IMG/VR virus record: IMGVR_UViG_3300035182_000695
Location: 26,755 to 90,754 of that record
From: a virus
Taxonomy: Duplodnaviria; Heunggongvirae; Uroviricota; Caudoviricetes
DNA: 64,000 nucleotides
Strand: one strand, 5' to 3'
The position numbers and the translations under genes are program-made. Shown in pieces: positions 26,047-34,559 of the stretch (position 1 is its first letter; each line of letters opens with the position of its first letter). The notes under the pieces were generated by a model. That model saw only the letters and a program-made list of their open reading frames with translations, searched no databases and had not been told where the DNA came from.

Positions 26047-26241
26047 ATGAGCGATAAAAAACAATATGTTGTGATGGTTGAAGGACGAAATGCGCCTTCT
26101 CGAATTTGGAACAACTACCAACAAGCGGAAGACGAAGCGAAGCGCCTGTGTATAAAAGAAAAGCTAACGGCTTATGTATGTGAAGCAATCACTAAGATTG
26201 AATTGAATGATGTTATTGTAACTAAACTTAATGAGCAATAA
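26047..26241 (+). CDS. small hypothetical protein
   Basis: 64-aa ORF. Confidence 0.4.
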   Translation: MSDKKQYVVMVEGRNAPSRIWNNYQQAEDEAKRLCIKEKLTAYVCEAITKIELNDVIVTKLNEQ

Positions 26242-26560
26242 CCCAATGAGCAACATTAAAAATAAAATCAGAAAACTATACGCAAGCAGCTTGTTAGAAT
26301 CTGGCTTAGAATGGCACCAAAAAGAATTAGTGCGTGATTTTCTACCTACTTTTTTGTTTTTTCAGAAAGTGAATTTGCTAGGTAAAATATTTGTTTATCC
26401 TTTTGCTTTTATTGCGTCTATTTTATACTTTCTAGTGCATTGTTTCGCTTTTTCTTTATGTTTTATAGTTTGGTCTATTGGTTGGACTGGCTATGGAATC
26501 GGATTGTTATTTCAATATTTATTTCTAAAAAAACAAAAGCATGAAACGGAAAAAAATTAA
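26231..26560 (+). CDS. small membrane protein (2 predicted TM)
   Basis: 109 aa, hydrophobic core. Confidence 0.45.
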   Translation: MSNNPMSNIKNKIRKLYASSLLESGLEWHQKELVRDFLPTFLFFQKVNLLGKIFVYPFAFIASILYFLVHCFAFSLCFIVWSIGWTGYGIGLLFQYLFLKKQKHETEKN

Positions 26561-26744
26561 AACTGAAACTAAAATTCAAGCCGCTAAGATTCATTCTATT
26601 CACGGACAAGATTGGAAATTAAAGCGTAGAAAAGGAACATCGATTTGGCTCGACAAATTAAAAGACAATCAAGCTGTTGTTGCAGGCGGTAAAACTTGGC
26701 ACTTTTTAATGACTGAAAAAAAACCTAAAAATGGAGTTAAATAA
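26541..26744 (+). CDS. small basic hypothetical protein
   Basis: 67-aa ORF. Confidence 0.4.
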   Translation: MKRKKIKTETKIQAAKIHSIHGQDWKLKRRKGTSIWLDKLKDNQAVVAGGKTWHFLMTEKKPKNGVK

Positions 26745-27036
26745 AAAAGTAATTGATAACATTGAGCATAGTTGCGAATTCGTAAACGATTTAGATTCGT
26801 ATGTAGAAGCTCTTATGCACTCTGTATCTTTACTTGATGTTCCGAGTGAGCTAGCTGCTAGCTTTCAACAGAAGTGTGATTTAATAAACTCTAACGCAAG
26901 TAAAATCAGATACATCAATATTCAATTGAGAAAAGAAAATAAAGAATTAAAGCAAAGAGAAATTGATAATGAAAAGACTTTAAAAGAAGCCAAACGAATT
27001 ATTGATAACCATAATCTAATTGCTTACTTAGCTTAA
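26731..27036 (+). CDS. hypothetical protein with coiled-coil
   Basis: 101-aa ORF. Confidence 0.45.
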   Translation: MELNKKVIDNIEHSCEFVNDLDSYVEALMHSVSLLDVPSELAASFQQKCDLINSNASKIRYINIQLRKENKELKQREIDNEKTLKEAKRIIDNHNLIAYLA

Positions 27037-27042
27037 AAAAAT

Positions 27043-27339
27043 ATGAACTTAAAGATTAAAGAACCGCCTCTCGTTAATGCTAAAGATATGAACGAGCAAT
27101 ACATTGAAACATTTAGCGTTCCAACTGATGAAGAGCTTGATAAATTACAAAAGTGTGATGTTGTTAAAGTATGTGTAAGTAAAGAAATTTTCAAAGCTGA
27201 AATAATTGAGGTTTTAGAAAAAAATTATTTTATTTGCCGAATAGACAACCAGCTAGTAATGACTTTTGTTCACGGATTACGAATGAATGATTTTATCAAA
27301 ATTAGGAAAGGTAATATATATTCAATAGTCAAAATTTAG
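27043..27339 (+). CDS. hypothetical protein
   Basis: 98-aa ORF. Confidence 0.45.
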   Translation: MNLKIKEPPLVNAKDMNEQYIETFSVPTDEELDKLQKCDVVKVCVSKEIFKAEIIEVLEKNYFICRIDNQLVMTFVHGLRMNDFIKIRKGNIYSIVKI

Positions 27340-27344
27340 GAAAT

Positions 27345-27602
27345 ATGCAAATGACAGAAACGGAACGCAATGAAATGTATATTGCGGAGCTAGAAGAGCA
27401 AGTGAAAACTCTACAAAACACCTGCATTGAACTCAGTAAAAGAGCAACTTATACAGAAGAAGAAAAAATAAAATATTGGGAGTTTGAATGCGAATGCGGA
27501 TTCAAAGGGCTTTCACTTTTTGTATTAGGCGGAGGTCAAATAGCTGATACTGGAGATTACGGCGATTGTTACTGCCCTTGTTGCAATAAAATAACTGATT
27601 AA
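27345..27602 (+). CDS. hypothetical Cys-rich protein
   Basis: 85 aa; CECGF...CYCPCC cluster. Confidence 0.45.
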   Translation: MQMTETERNEMYIAELEEQVKTLQNTCIELSKRATYTEEEKIKYWEFECECGFKGLSLFVLGGGQIADTGDYGDCYCPCCNKITD

Positions 27603-27613
27603 TAAAAGCATCT

Positions 27614-27871
27614 ATGAAAAAGCACTACACAACACACCCTAAAAATGAATTCATTCAATTAAGCGAATGCTGCAATGCCGTTATGTCTCAGCCTAATCAA
27701 ATTCCATTACTTGATTTTCTTAATAATAAAGAACGAGACTATACTTGTACAGAATGCTTAAATAAGTGCAAGAGAGTTGTTTTGCCGGCATTTCAGTATA
27801 TCGGAGAGGGTTCTTATCGAAGAAAGTCTTATGTGTCTAAAAAAGGAACTATAATAAATTCAAATAATTAA
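27614..27871 (+). CDS. hypothetical Cys-rich protein
   Basis: 85 aa; CC...CTEC...C. Confidence 0.45.
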   Translation: MKKHYTTHPKNEFIQLSECCNAVMSQPNQIPLLDFLNNKERDYTCTECLNKCKRVVLPAFQYIGEGSYRRKSYVSKKGTIINSNN

Positions 27872-27873
27872 AT

Positions 27874-28113
27874 ATGGCGATTTTAATTAAACCGGACGGA
27901 AACGAAGAGAAGCTTCAATTTACAACTTTGCCGTATTTACAAAAAGCTGTTTGCGGATATATTGAATGCGTTAAGATTGAAGACGGAAGATTTGTCGTTT
28001 TTAATGAGGATTATTTAGTGAAAAATCTTCCAATAAATCAAAAAGCGACTGATATTTGCTCATTTGAAGTGTTCGGAAACGCTGTAATTTGCACCAAAGA
28101 AGAGTTGAATTAA
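27874..28113 (+). CDS. hypothetical protein
   Basis: 79-aa ORF. Confidence 0.45.
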   Translation: MAILIKPDGNEEKLQFTTLPYLQKAVCGYIECVKIEDGRFVVFNEDYLVKNLPINQKATDICSFEVFGNAVICTKEELN

Positions 28114-28129
28114 ACAGATTAACAAATGG

Positions 28130-28224
28130 CTGTTAATAACTATTTTCAAAATAAATTTGCACATCTAAATTAATGTTGTATATTTGTGTAACATTTAAGT
28201 TAAACACTATTAAAATCAGACATT
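28130..28224 (+). promoter_or_regulatory. Conserved promoter/leader element, copy 5
   Basis: TGTTAATAACTATTTTCAAAATAAATTTG(28155-58)...TATATTTG(28179-86)...TGTAACATTTAAGTTAAACA; ATG at 28225. Confidence 0.6.
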
Positions 28225-28497
28225 ATGGCATTCGGCATTCAAGTAGATTTCGACAAAAATCAGATTACAATTCCAAGAGAATACTCAAGAATTGAGCCTG
28301 TGGATATTACTTCTTTTAAATTCGACAATGTTGTTGTTTTTACTAAAATAACAAATTACGAAATTGGTAAAATGACAATTGCAAGTATAATTGACATTAT
28401 TCAATTTTTAGGTGTTGAAAACAACTTAAAGATTTGTAAAAAAAGCGATTGGGATAAAGCTCAAGATAAATTAATTCAAGCAGTAAACAACAACTAA
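28225..28497 (+). CDS. hypothetical protein
   Basis: 90-aa ORF after the leader. Confidence 0.55.
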   Translation: MAFGIQVDFDKNQITIPREYSRIEPVDITSFKFDNVVVFTKITNYEIGKMTIASIIDIIQFLGVENNLKICKKSDWDKAQDKLIQAVNNN

Positions 28498-28498
28498 T

Positions 28499-28975
28499 AT
28501 GATTGATATTGAAATAGCTAAACAGCCAGACGCAATAGAAAAATATTTCTGCGAACCTTTCGCTAAATTAGAGTGCGAACCAATGGATGAAGAAGTTACA
28601 GAACTTTTCGCTATGCTTATGTTTGCGACTAATGAATCTGTTGATATTGAAGCGGCAAGAAAAGAATGGCAGTTTCAGGTTCTCGAAAAAAGATTATCTA
28701 TTCTGCAATACGAAATGGATGAGCGAATGAAAATATTTATTTTCTTCTTAACAACTGGAACTCCTGGTAAATTCATTATGTATCTGTACTATCTACAATA
28801 TATGTGTAAACAAAGAGGGCAAACATTTATAAAATTTGAAGATGTGATGCACTTTTTACCAAACGGATTTCCTAGTGATTCTCAAATGAATGAATTATGG
28901 GTAAACTGCAAATTATCTGACGGCTCTAATTTAATAGACAAAGGATTAGCTTCTAAATCAATTTTATTTAACTAA
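28499..28975 (+). CDS. hypothetical protein
   Basis: 158-aa ORF. Confidence 0.5.
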   Translation: MIDIEIAKQPDAIEKYFCEPFAKLECEPMDEEVTELFAMLMFATNESVDIEAARKEWQFQVLEKRLSILQYEMDERMKIFIFFLTTGTPGKFIMYLYYLQYMCKQRGQTFIKFEDVMHFLPNGFPSDSQMNELWVNCKLSDGSNLIDKGLASKSILFN

Positions 28976-28976
28976 G

Positions 28977-29261
28977 ATGAAAAAAGCGCATAAAGATTTG
29001 TACATAAAAATAAGAAGCGAATGTATTAAGCAAAACGAAGAGCTTATTAACGGCGATAAATTGATAAATGGGTTCTCAATCGAGCAAGCAAAGAAAAACG
29101 CTCTATATGACTTAGAAATCGATTTAAAGCATAAAGAACTTAGAATCACTTTACCTGAATTATTGCTTAATAGTGTGGAAGATTGCATTTTGATTGCCAA
29201 AAACAGAATGAAAGCGAGAAGAGAAAAAATGGTTAACGAATACTTAAAATCAGCAGCATGA
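28977..29261 (+). CDS. hypothetical protein
   Basis: 94-aa ORF. Confidence 0.45.
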   Translation: MKKAHKDLYIKIRSECIKQNEELINGDKLINGFSIEQAKKNALYDLEIDLKHKELRITLPELLLNSVEDCILIAKNRMKARREKMVNEYLKSAA

Positions 29262-29512
29262 AAAATATTATAGCAACGCAAACTTGGGGCGCAGATGAAT
29301 GTCATCACGGAGGATTAATTATATCATTCGGAGACCCAAAAGATTTTAAAGTGCAACGATTACAGATTGTTGATTTAGGTGTTGCTAAAGCAGTAGCTAA
29401 AGTTCCTGAGATGATTGCGCAATTAGAAGACTGCGCTAGAATATTTGAAGAAGAAATGGCTTATGAGAAAGCAATTGAAATAAAACAACTATTAAAATCA
29501 ATGCAAGTATGA
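29258..29512 (+). CDS. hypothetical protein
   Basis: 84-aa ORF. Confidence 0.45.
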   Translation: MKNIIATQTWGADECHHGGLIISFGDPKDFKVQRLQIVDLGVAKAVAKVPEMIAQLEDCARIFEEEMAYEKAIEIKQLLKSMQV

Positions 29513-29877
29513 TAATCGGATTCAATAAACGCTTTGTTCCTTTAATCGAGGATGGCTCTAAAATACATACTGTTCGCAAAGATGCTGCTAAAAGATGGAA
29601 AGCTGGCAGAACGATGCACTTTGCAACAGATGTTCGTAAAAAGAATATGAAAGTATTTAGAACTGGCGATTGTAAAAATACTGAGCGAATTGATATTGTT
29701 TGGAACGAAAAAAAGACTGATGTATCAATTAAAATAGGCTCTAAAAAACTTAATAAAGAAAAAAGACTAGAGTTTGCAAAAGCTGACGGATTCGCAACAA
29801 TGGAAGATTTTAAATCTTGGTTTAGCGAAGACTTTATTGATTACAAATTAATTCATTGGACAGAAAAAAAATACTAA
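29509..29877 (+). CDS. possible ASCH-domain protein
   Basis: 122 aa; N-terminal IEDGSKIHTVRK resembles the ASCH GxKxxExR motif. Weak. Confidence 0.3.
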   Translation: MIIGFNKRFVPLIEDGSKIHTVRKDAAKRWKAGRTMHFATDVRKKNMKVFRTGDCKNTERIDIVWNEKKTDVSIKIGSKKLNKEKRLEFAKADGFATMEDFKSWFSEDFIDYKLIHWTEKKY

Positions 29878-29881
29878 TACT

Positions 29882-30142
29882 ATGAGAACGGAAGATTTTA
29901 ACCTTGATGAATTAATTGAAGCATTGACAGGAACAACTGAGTCAATTGCGCATTTTCTTCCTGACGGAATGGTTGAAGAAGACTTAACAGAAGAAGAAGT
30001 TCAACGCATAGACGAAGAAATATTTTTGTGCGCAACTTGCGGCTGGTGGTGTGAGATTTCTGAAAATGTAGAAAGCGACGATTCAGAACTTCATTGCAGA
30101 GATTGCAAAGATGAAGACTCTGATGACGAGGACGAAGATTAA
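29882..30142 (+). CDS. zinc-ribbon protein with an acidic tail
   Basis: 86 aa; CATCGWWC...CRDCKDEDSDDEDED. Confidence 0.45.
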   Translation: MRTEDFNLDELIEALTGTTESIAHFLPDGMVEEDLTEEEVQRIDEEIFLCATCGWWCEISENVESDDSELHCRDCKDEDSDDEDED

Positions 30143-30159
30143 TAATAAAAGAAAAACAA

Positions 30160-30588
30160 ATGGAAAAGAAAAATGCAATAATTAAAGAATTCAATCTTAG
30201 CGAAGATGCTAAAGAATCTACTTTTACTATATTCAAAATGAGAGATATGGAGAAGATGATAGATGTATTTACATCTGCTTTAATAACTCAATTAGTAAAA
30301 AGATTTCGTGATGCAAAAGAATGGCAAATACTTGGACTTGTTGAGTGCGAAATAAAGCGCAATGATTCAAACTCTGACAATGAAATTTACGCTGTTGAGA
30401 AAAAAGCAAACAAGCTTCAAAAAGATAGAAAATATTTTAAGCAAGATTTTGATATGTCGGCCGAAGATTCAATATTTCCTTCCGAATATATTTGGCAGAT
30501 TAATGGCGCAACTGAAACATCTTACTACGGCACTATTTTACTACCGATGCACTCAAACTTATTTTTAAAAATCTCTTACTCGTTCTAA
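30160..30588 (+). CDS. hypothetical protein
   Basis: 142-aa ORF. Confidence 0.5.
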   Translation: MEKKNAIIKEFNLSEDAKESTFTIFKMRDMEKMIDVFTSALITQLVKRFRDAKEWQILGLVECEIKRNDSNSDNEIYAVEKKANKLQKDRKYFKQDFDMSAEDSIFPSEYIWQINGATETSYYGTILLPMHSNLFLKISYSF

Positions 30589-30639
30589 ACAAAAACAAAC
30601 AGATTTGCAATTTGCGAATCGAGAATTAAACAAACAATT

Positions 30640-31143
30640 ATGCTGTCAGACAAAGAAATATCAGAAAGAAACGGTTACTTAATCACATTAGTTACCGAAG
30701 TGAGCGAGAGAATGGACTCAGTAATTCACGTTACGGAATTACCGCACAAACCAAAATTAATAAACGCAGATTATACAAGACAATTAAATTGTTATGTAAA
30801 TAATTTTCACTTGATTTTAAAAGGCGGTAACGATGAAGTGTTCTACGAAATAAAATTGAAAGCAATTAGTGAGATGAAAAACTTCGATGAGATTGTTCAA
30901 AAAATAATTGAGTGGATTGCAATATTTGAACACACTAGAGTTTATACTGTGTCTTTAATGAATACTGATTTATTCGTTACAGGTTTTAACCATCATAATA
31001 AAATATTAAAGACTAACGCATATCCTGTTTTTGCTAGATACTCTCCTATTTGTTACTACGACTTACAAAGAGCAGAGGATATTGTATATAAATTTGATAC
31101 GTATAATTTAGTAATAAATAATAATGAATCGTATGGATTCTAA
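30640..31143 (+). CDS. hypothetical protein
   Basis: 167-aa ORF. Confidence 0.5.
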   Translation: MLSDKEISERNGYLITLVTEVSERMDSVIHVTELPHKPKLINADYTRQLNCYVNNFHLILKGGNDEVFYEIKLKAISEMKNFDEIVQKIIEWIAIFEHTRVYTVSLMNTDLFVTGFNHHNKILKTNAYPVFARYSPICYYDLQRAEDIVYKFDTYNLVINNNESYGF

Positions 31144-31519
31144 AAATGAAAAACAATTTCCGTCTTGGAATCTAGTTCAATATTCATTCGCTGTTGAATG
31201 GTGGAGAGAAACATATAACGGTATCGGTCACTTCGATAAGGACTTGTATGAAAAGTTTCTAAGACGGCAACATAACATAAATATAAATCAAATAGAGTAT
31301 AAACAAATAAATCAAAACGAAAAACAAATGAAAACATCAATCCAATTAATCATCGCCGCTGTTATAATTATAGCAATTAACGGCGTCTTCTTTGAGTACG
31401 CAATAAGCAGAGATTTGCCGTTACTCTTAACTATTATCTCTGCAATAGCTATCTTGGTTATAGATGGCTGGTTTTTCATTCAATTAGTAAAAAAAATAAA
31501 ACAAATTTTAAACTTTTAA
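31124..31519 (+). CDS. membrane protein (2 C-terminal TM helices)
   Basis: 131 aa. Confidence 0.45.
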   Translation: MNRMDSKNEKQFPSWNLVQYSFAVEWWRETYNGIGHFDKDLYEKFLRRQHNININQIEYKQINQNEKQMKTSIQLIIAAVIIIAINGVFFEYAISRDLPLLLTIISAIAILVIDGWFFIQLVKKIKQILNF

Positions 31520-31532
31520 AAAACAAATAAGT

Positions 31533-32492
31533 ATGATTAGTATTTTAATTTCAGTAGCGGTATTAGTAATTGCACTAGGCTACGCAATAGCAAACAGAAA
31601 AAACATTTACGATAGCGATGGAGACTTCGTTTTATCAGGATTAAAAACGCCAATCGCTATTTTAGTAGTTGGATTATTAATCGCATTCATTCAACCGTAT
31701 TGTCTTAAAAGAATTGACTCAGGAAATATTGGAATTAAAGTAAATTTAATTGGAGATAAGCGAGGTGTTTCTGATTACACTTACAAAAACGGATGGACTG
31801 CTTACAATGAATGGTCCGAAAGCTTATATGAATTTCCAACTTTTCAACAACATACAGAATATCAAAATCAAAGTGTTATTACAAAAGGAGGGTTTCAAGC
31901 TGATATAAAACCAACATTCAACTATTCAATTAAGCCGGAAGCTGTTGGCGATATGTTTATGAACCTTCGTGTGCCGATTAAACAAGTTGAGCAAGGATGG
32001 ATGATGAATGCCATTTGTGGCTCTATTAATGATGTAGCAAATAAATGGACTGTTGATGATATTTTTAACGAGCGAGAAAAATTTGAAGCCGCTATTACTG
32101 CTGAGTGCAATAAGCGTGTAGCCAAATGGTTTTTAGTTAGTCAGTTGAGAACAAATATAATGCCGCCAGAAGCCTTGAAAAATGCGATTATAGAAAAAAC
32201 AAAAGCCATTCAAGAAGCTCAAGGTCAAGTTCAAAAAGCAATAGTTGCAGACGCAAAAGCAAAAGTTAAAATGGCGACCGCTAGAGGTGATTCTGCTCAA
32301 GCTGTTATTGGAGCATCTGGTAAAGCATTAGCTGCTGAAATTACTGCGAAAGGCGAAGCTGCTGCAATGAAACTTAAACAAATGCAATTAACACCAATGT
32401 ACATCGATTATATTAGAGCGAACAATTGGGATGGAAAATATCCTGCTACTATGTTAGGCGGTAATTCACAGACGCTTTTAAATCTTAAATAA
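31533..32492 (+). CDS. SPFH/band-7 (stomatin/HflK-like) membrane protein
   Basis: 319 aa; N-terminal TM helices, then a C-terminal Ala/Glu/Lys-rich coiled segment ...AEITAKGEAAAMKLKQ reminiscent of the AEGEAEA tail of SPFH proteins. Confidence 0.4.
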   Translation: MISILISVAVLVIALGYAIANRKNIYDSDGDFVLSGLKTPIAILVVGLLIAFIQPYCLKRIDSGNIGIKVNLIGDKRGVSDYTYKNGWTAYNEWSESLYEFPTFQQHTEYQNQSVITKGGFQADIKPTFNYSIKPEAVGDMFMNLRVPIKQVEQGWMMNAICGSINDVANKWTVDDIFNEREKFEAAITAECNKRVAKWFLVSQLRTNIMPPEALKNAIIEKTKAIQEAQGQVQKAIVADAKAKVKMATARGDSAQAVIGASGKALAAEITAKGEAAAMKLKQMQLTPMYIDYIRANNWDGKYPATMLGGNSQTLLNLK

Positions 32493-32559
32493 AATATTCT
32501 TATCTAGCTATTCTAAAGATAGCAACTTTATATTAATTAAGTGAGAGAACCCATAGAGC

Positions 32560-32700
32560 AGCTTAGATAATCAAAGGATTTGGGGAAGCCTTTTATAAAG
32601 TAGATTTGATAGGATTGGCAACACGCACTCGAAGGCATAGTGCGTTTAAATGTCTAGTAGGCCTGTTCATCCACTAGCGGTTGCCAATTTAAAAACCATA
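32560..32700 (+). ncRNA. candidate structured non-coding element (nested hairpins, locally GC-richer)
   Basis: 323-bp ORF-free gap. TTGGCAAC[ACGCACT-CGAAGGCAT-AGTGCGT]TTAAATGT[CTAGT-AGGCCTGTTCATCC-ACTAG]CGGTTGCCAA forms two hairpins enclosed by an 8-bp closing stem. Confidence 0.2.
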
Positions 32701-32815
32701 GAGAAGTTTAACAAAGATGAATACAATAAACAACATAATTCTAATTGTGATAATTTGGGAAGTAGTTAAGTACTTTTTAAAGAAAGCGTTTTACAAAATA
32801 ATAAAGTAAATAAGT

Positions 32816-33247
32816 GTGGGCTTAGTAAATAAATATTCTTTTATATCAATGCGAAATAATCAAGTTACAGATGAGCAAATTTGTATTGGATTATTTTATA
32901 TGAATGAAACAGGCGTTGAGTTTAGATTCTCTGAAAAGAAAATTGAATTTACTAAAACATTAAATCCTGATGCTCATAGATTATTAGTTTTTTATGTTGA
33001 CCAAATGAAGCGTGCTGTTTTGTTAAAATCACTTACAATGCAGGAAGTAATTAATGAAGCTCACAGACAAAACGGAATCATTTATATTTCTGAGCCAAAA
33101 ATTATAAACATACAAGAGCCTTTAAATCTAATAAATGACAATAGCTCTTTTATAGGACGCTTTTTTGAAAAGAACGTAGATACACTACCGATTTTTAATA
33201 AAAATGAATCTGTTGGAATAAACATACATACAAAAAAAATAGGATAA
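32816..33247 (+). CDS. hypothetical protein
   Basis: 143-aa ORF; the true start may be the internal Met at ~32849. Confidence 0.45.
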   Translation: MGLVNKYSFISMRNNQVTDEQICIGLFYMNETGVEFRFSEKKIEFTKTLNPDAHRLLVFYVDQMKRAVLLKSLTMQEVINEAHRQNGIIYISEPKIINIQEPLNLINDNSSFIGRFFEKNVDTLPIFNKNESVGINIHTKKIG

Positions 33248-33249
33248 TT

Positions 33250-34491
33250 ATGGAAGAGAACACTAAAGAAAACGAACACATCGAAGAAGTTGCGACCGAA
33301 GAAGCTACCGGCTCTCTTGTATCAAAAAACAAAGAGCGTGGTTTAATTATTGAAAAACTAAAAGCCGAAAAAATAACAGACGGTAAGATTCAAATGATTA
33401 CTGTCGCATTTGAGCCTATGCTTAATAAGCTAAGAGAATTAGATGAAGAGTACGCAGATATTTTAACGCAGTTAGAAACAGAAGGTCCTACAAAAGAACT
33501 TTGCGAAAAAGCTCGTTCACTTAGATTAAAAATGGTTCATTGCAGAGGTGATGTTAAAGGCGTTCATAAACTTCAAAAAGAAGAAACAATCAGATACAAT
33601 AGAGCTGTTGATGGAGTTAAAAATATTTTTGATTTCGCTGTTACTAGCAAAGAAGAAAAACTTTCATCTATTGAAAATCATTTTGAAGAGCTTGAAAAAG
33701 AAAGACTAGCTTCAATTAAAGCGGTTCGTGAAGAGAAGCTAAAGGCTTTTAATTACGATGCTAGCAGCATTGATTTATCAAAGGTTGAAGATAGTATGTT
33801 CAACTTAATTTTAAATGGCGCAGAGAAAGCATTCAACGATAAAATAGCCGCAGATAAAAAAGCAGAAGAGGAGAAAAAATTACAAGAAGAGAAAGAGAAA
33901 CAAGAACTTGCAGATAAATTAAAAAAGGAAGCCGAAGAAAAATTAGCCGCAGATAAAAATAAGAAAGAGAAAGACGAAAAGGCTGCATTGCTAAAAGTTC
34001 AACAAGAAGAAATACAAAAGCTTAATGCTGATAGATTTTTAGAATTAGTTCCTTACAATACTAATGCAGATGTTATTGATTTGGGTAATATGACAGAAGA
34101 TGCTTATTTAAAACTACTATCAGACAGTAAAATAAAGCACGATAGCGATTTAAAAGAGAAGGAGCTGGCTAAAAAAGCTCAAGATAAAAAAGACGCTGAG
34201 CTTAAAGCTCAAAAAGAAGCTAACGAAAAATTACAAAAAGAATTAAAGGAAAAGGAAGATGCAGATAAAAAGAAGAAAGAAAAGGAAGAATCGGATAAAA
34301 AAGCAAAAGCGTTAGAAGATAAAAGATTAGCAAAACAACCTGATAAAATAAAAATGATTGCTTGGATTGATTCGATACAATTACCTGATGTCATTGTTAA
34401 AGAACATGAATCTAAAGATGTTGCTACATCAGTAACTCAAAAGTTCAACGCATTCAAAAAATGGGCTAAGTTAGAAGTTGATAAAATTTAA
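33250..34491 (+). CDS. highly charged K/E-rich coiled-coil protein
   Basis: 413 aa with KEKEK/AEEKL low-complexity repeats over the central ~200 aa. Confidence 0.55.
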   Translation: MEENTKENEHIEEVATEEATGSLVSKNKERGLIIEKLKAEKITDGKIQMITVAFEPMLNKLRELDEEYADILTQLETEGPTKELCEKARSLRLKMVHCRGDVKGVHKLQKEETIRYNRAVDGVKNIFDFAVTSKEEKLSSIENHFEELEKERLASIKAVREEKLKAFNYDASSIDLSKVEDSMFNLILNGAEKAFNDKIAADKKAEEEKKLQEEKEKQELADKLKKEAEEKLAADKNKKEKDEKAALLKVQQEEIQKLNADRFLELVPYNTNADVIDLGNMTEDAYLKLLSDSKIKHDSDLKEKELAKKAQDKKDAELKAQKEANEKLQKELKEKEDADKKKKEKEESDKKAKALEDKRLAKQPDKIKMIAWIDSIQLPDVIVKEHESKDVATSVTQKFNAFKKWAKLEVDKI

Positions 34492-34559
34492 CTAAAAAAA
34501 AGATAGTATATTTGTAAATTTATTATATTTGTAGTGCGATAATAAAAAAACTAAAAATG

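Noticed and set aside
32590-32690. Structured region considered as a tRNA or tmRNA
   Set aside because: Only two internal hairpins inside the closing stem, so no cloverleaf. No GTTCRANYC T-loop and no anticodon-loop geometry. Kept only as a generic ncRNA candidate.
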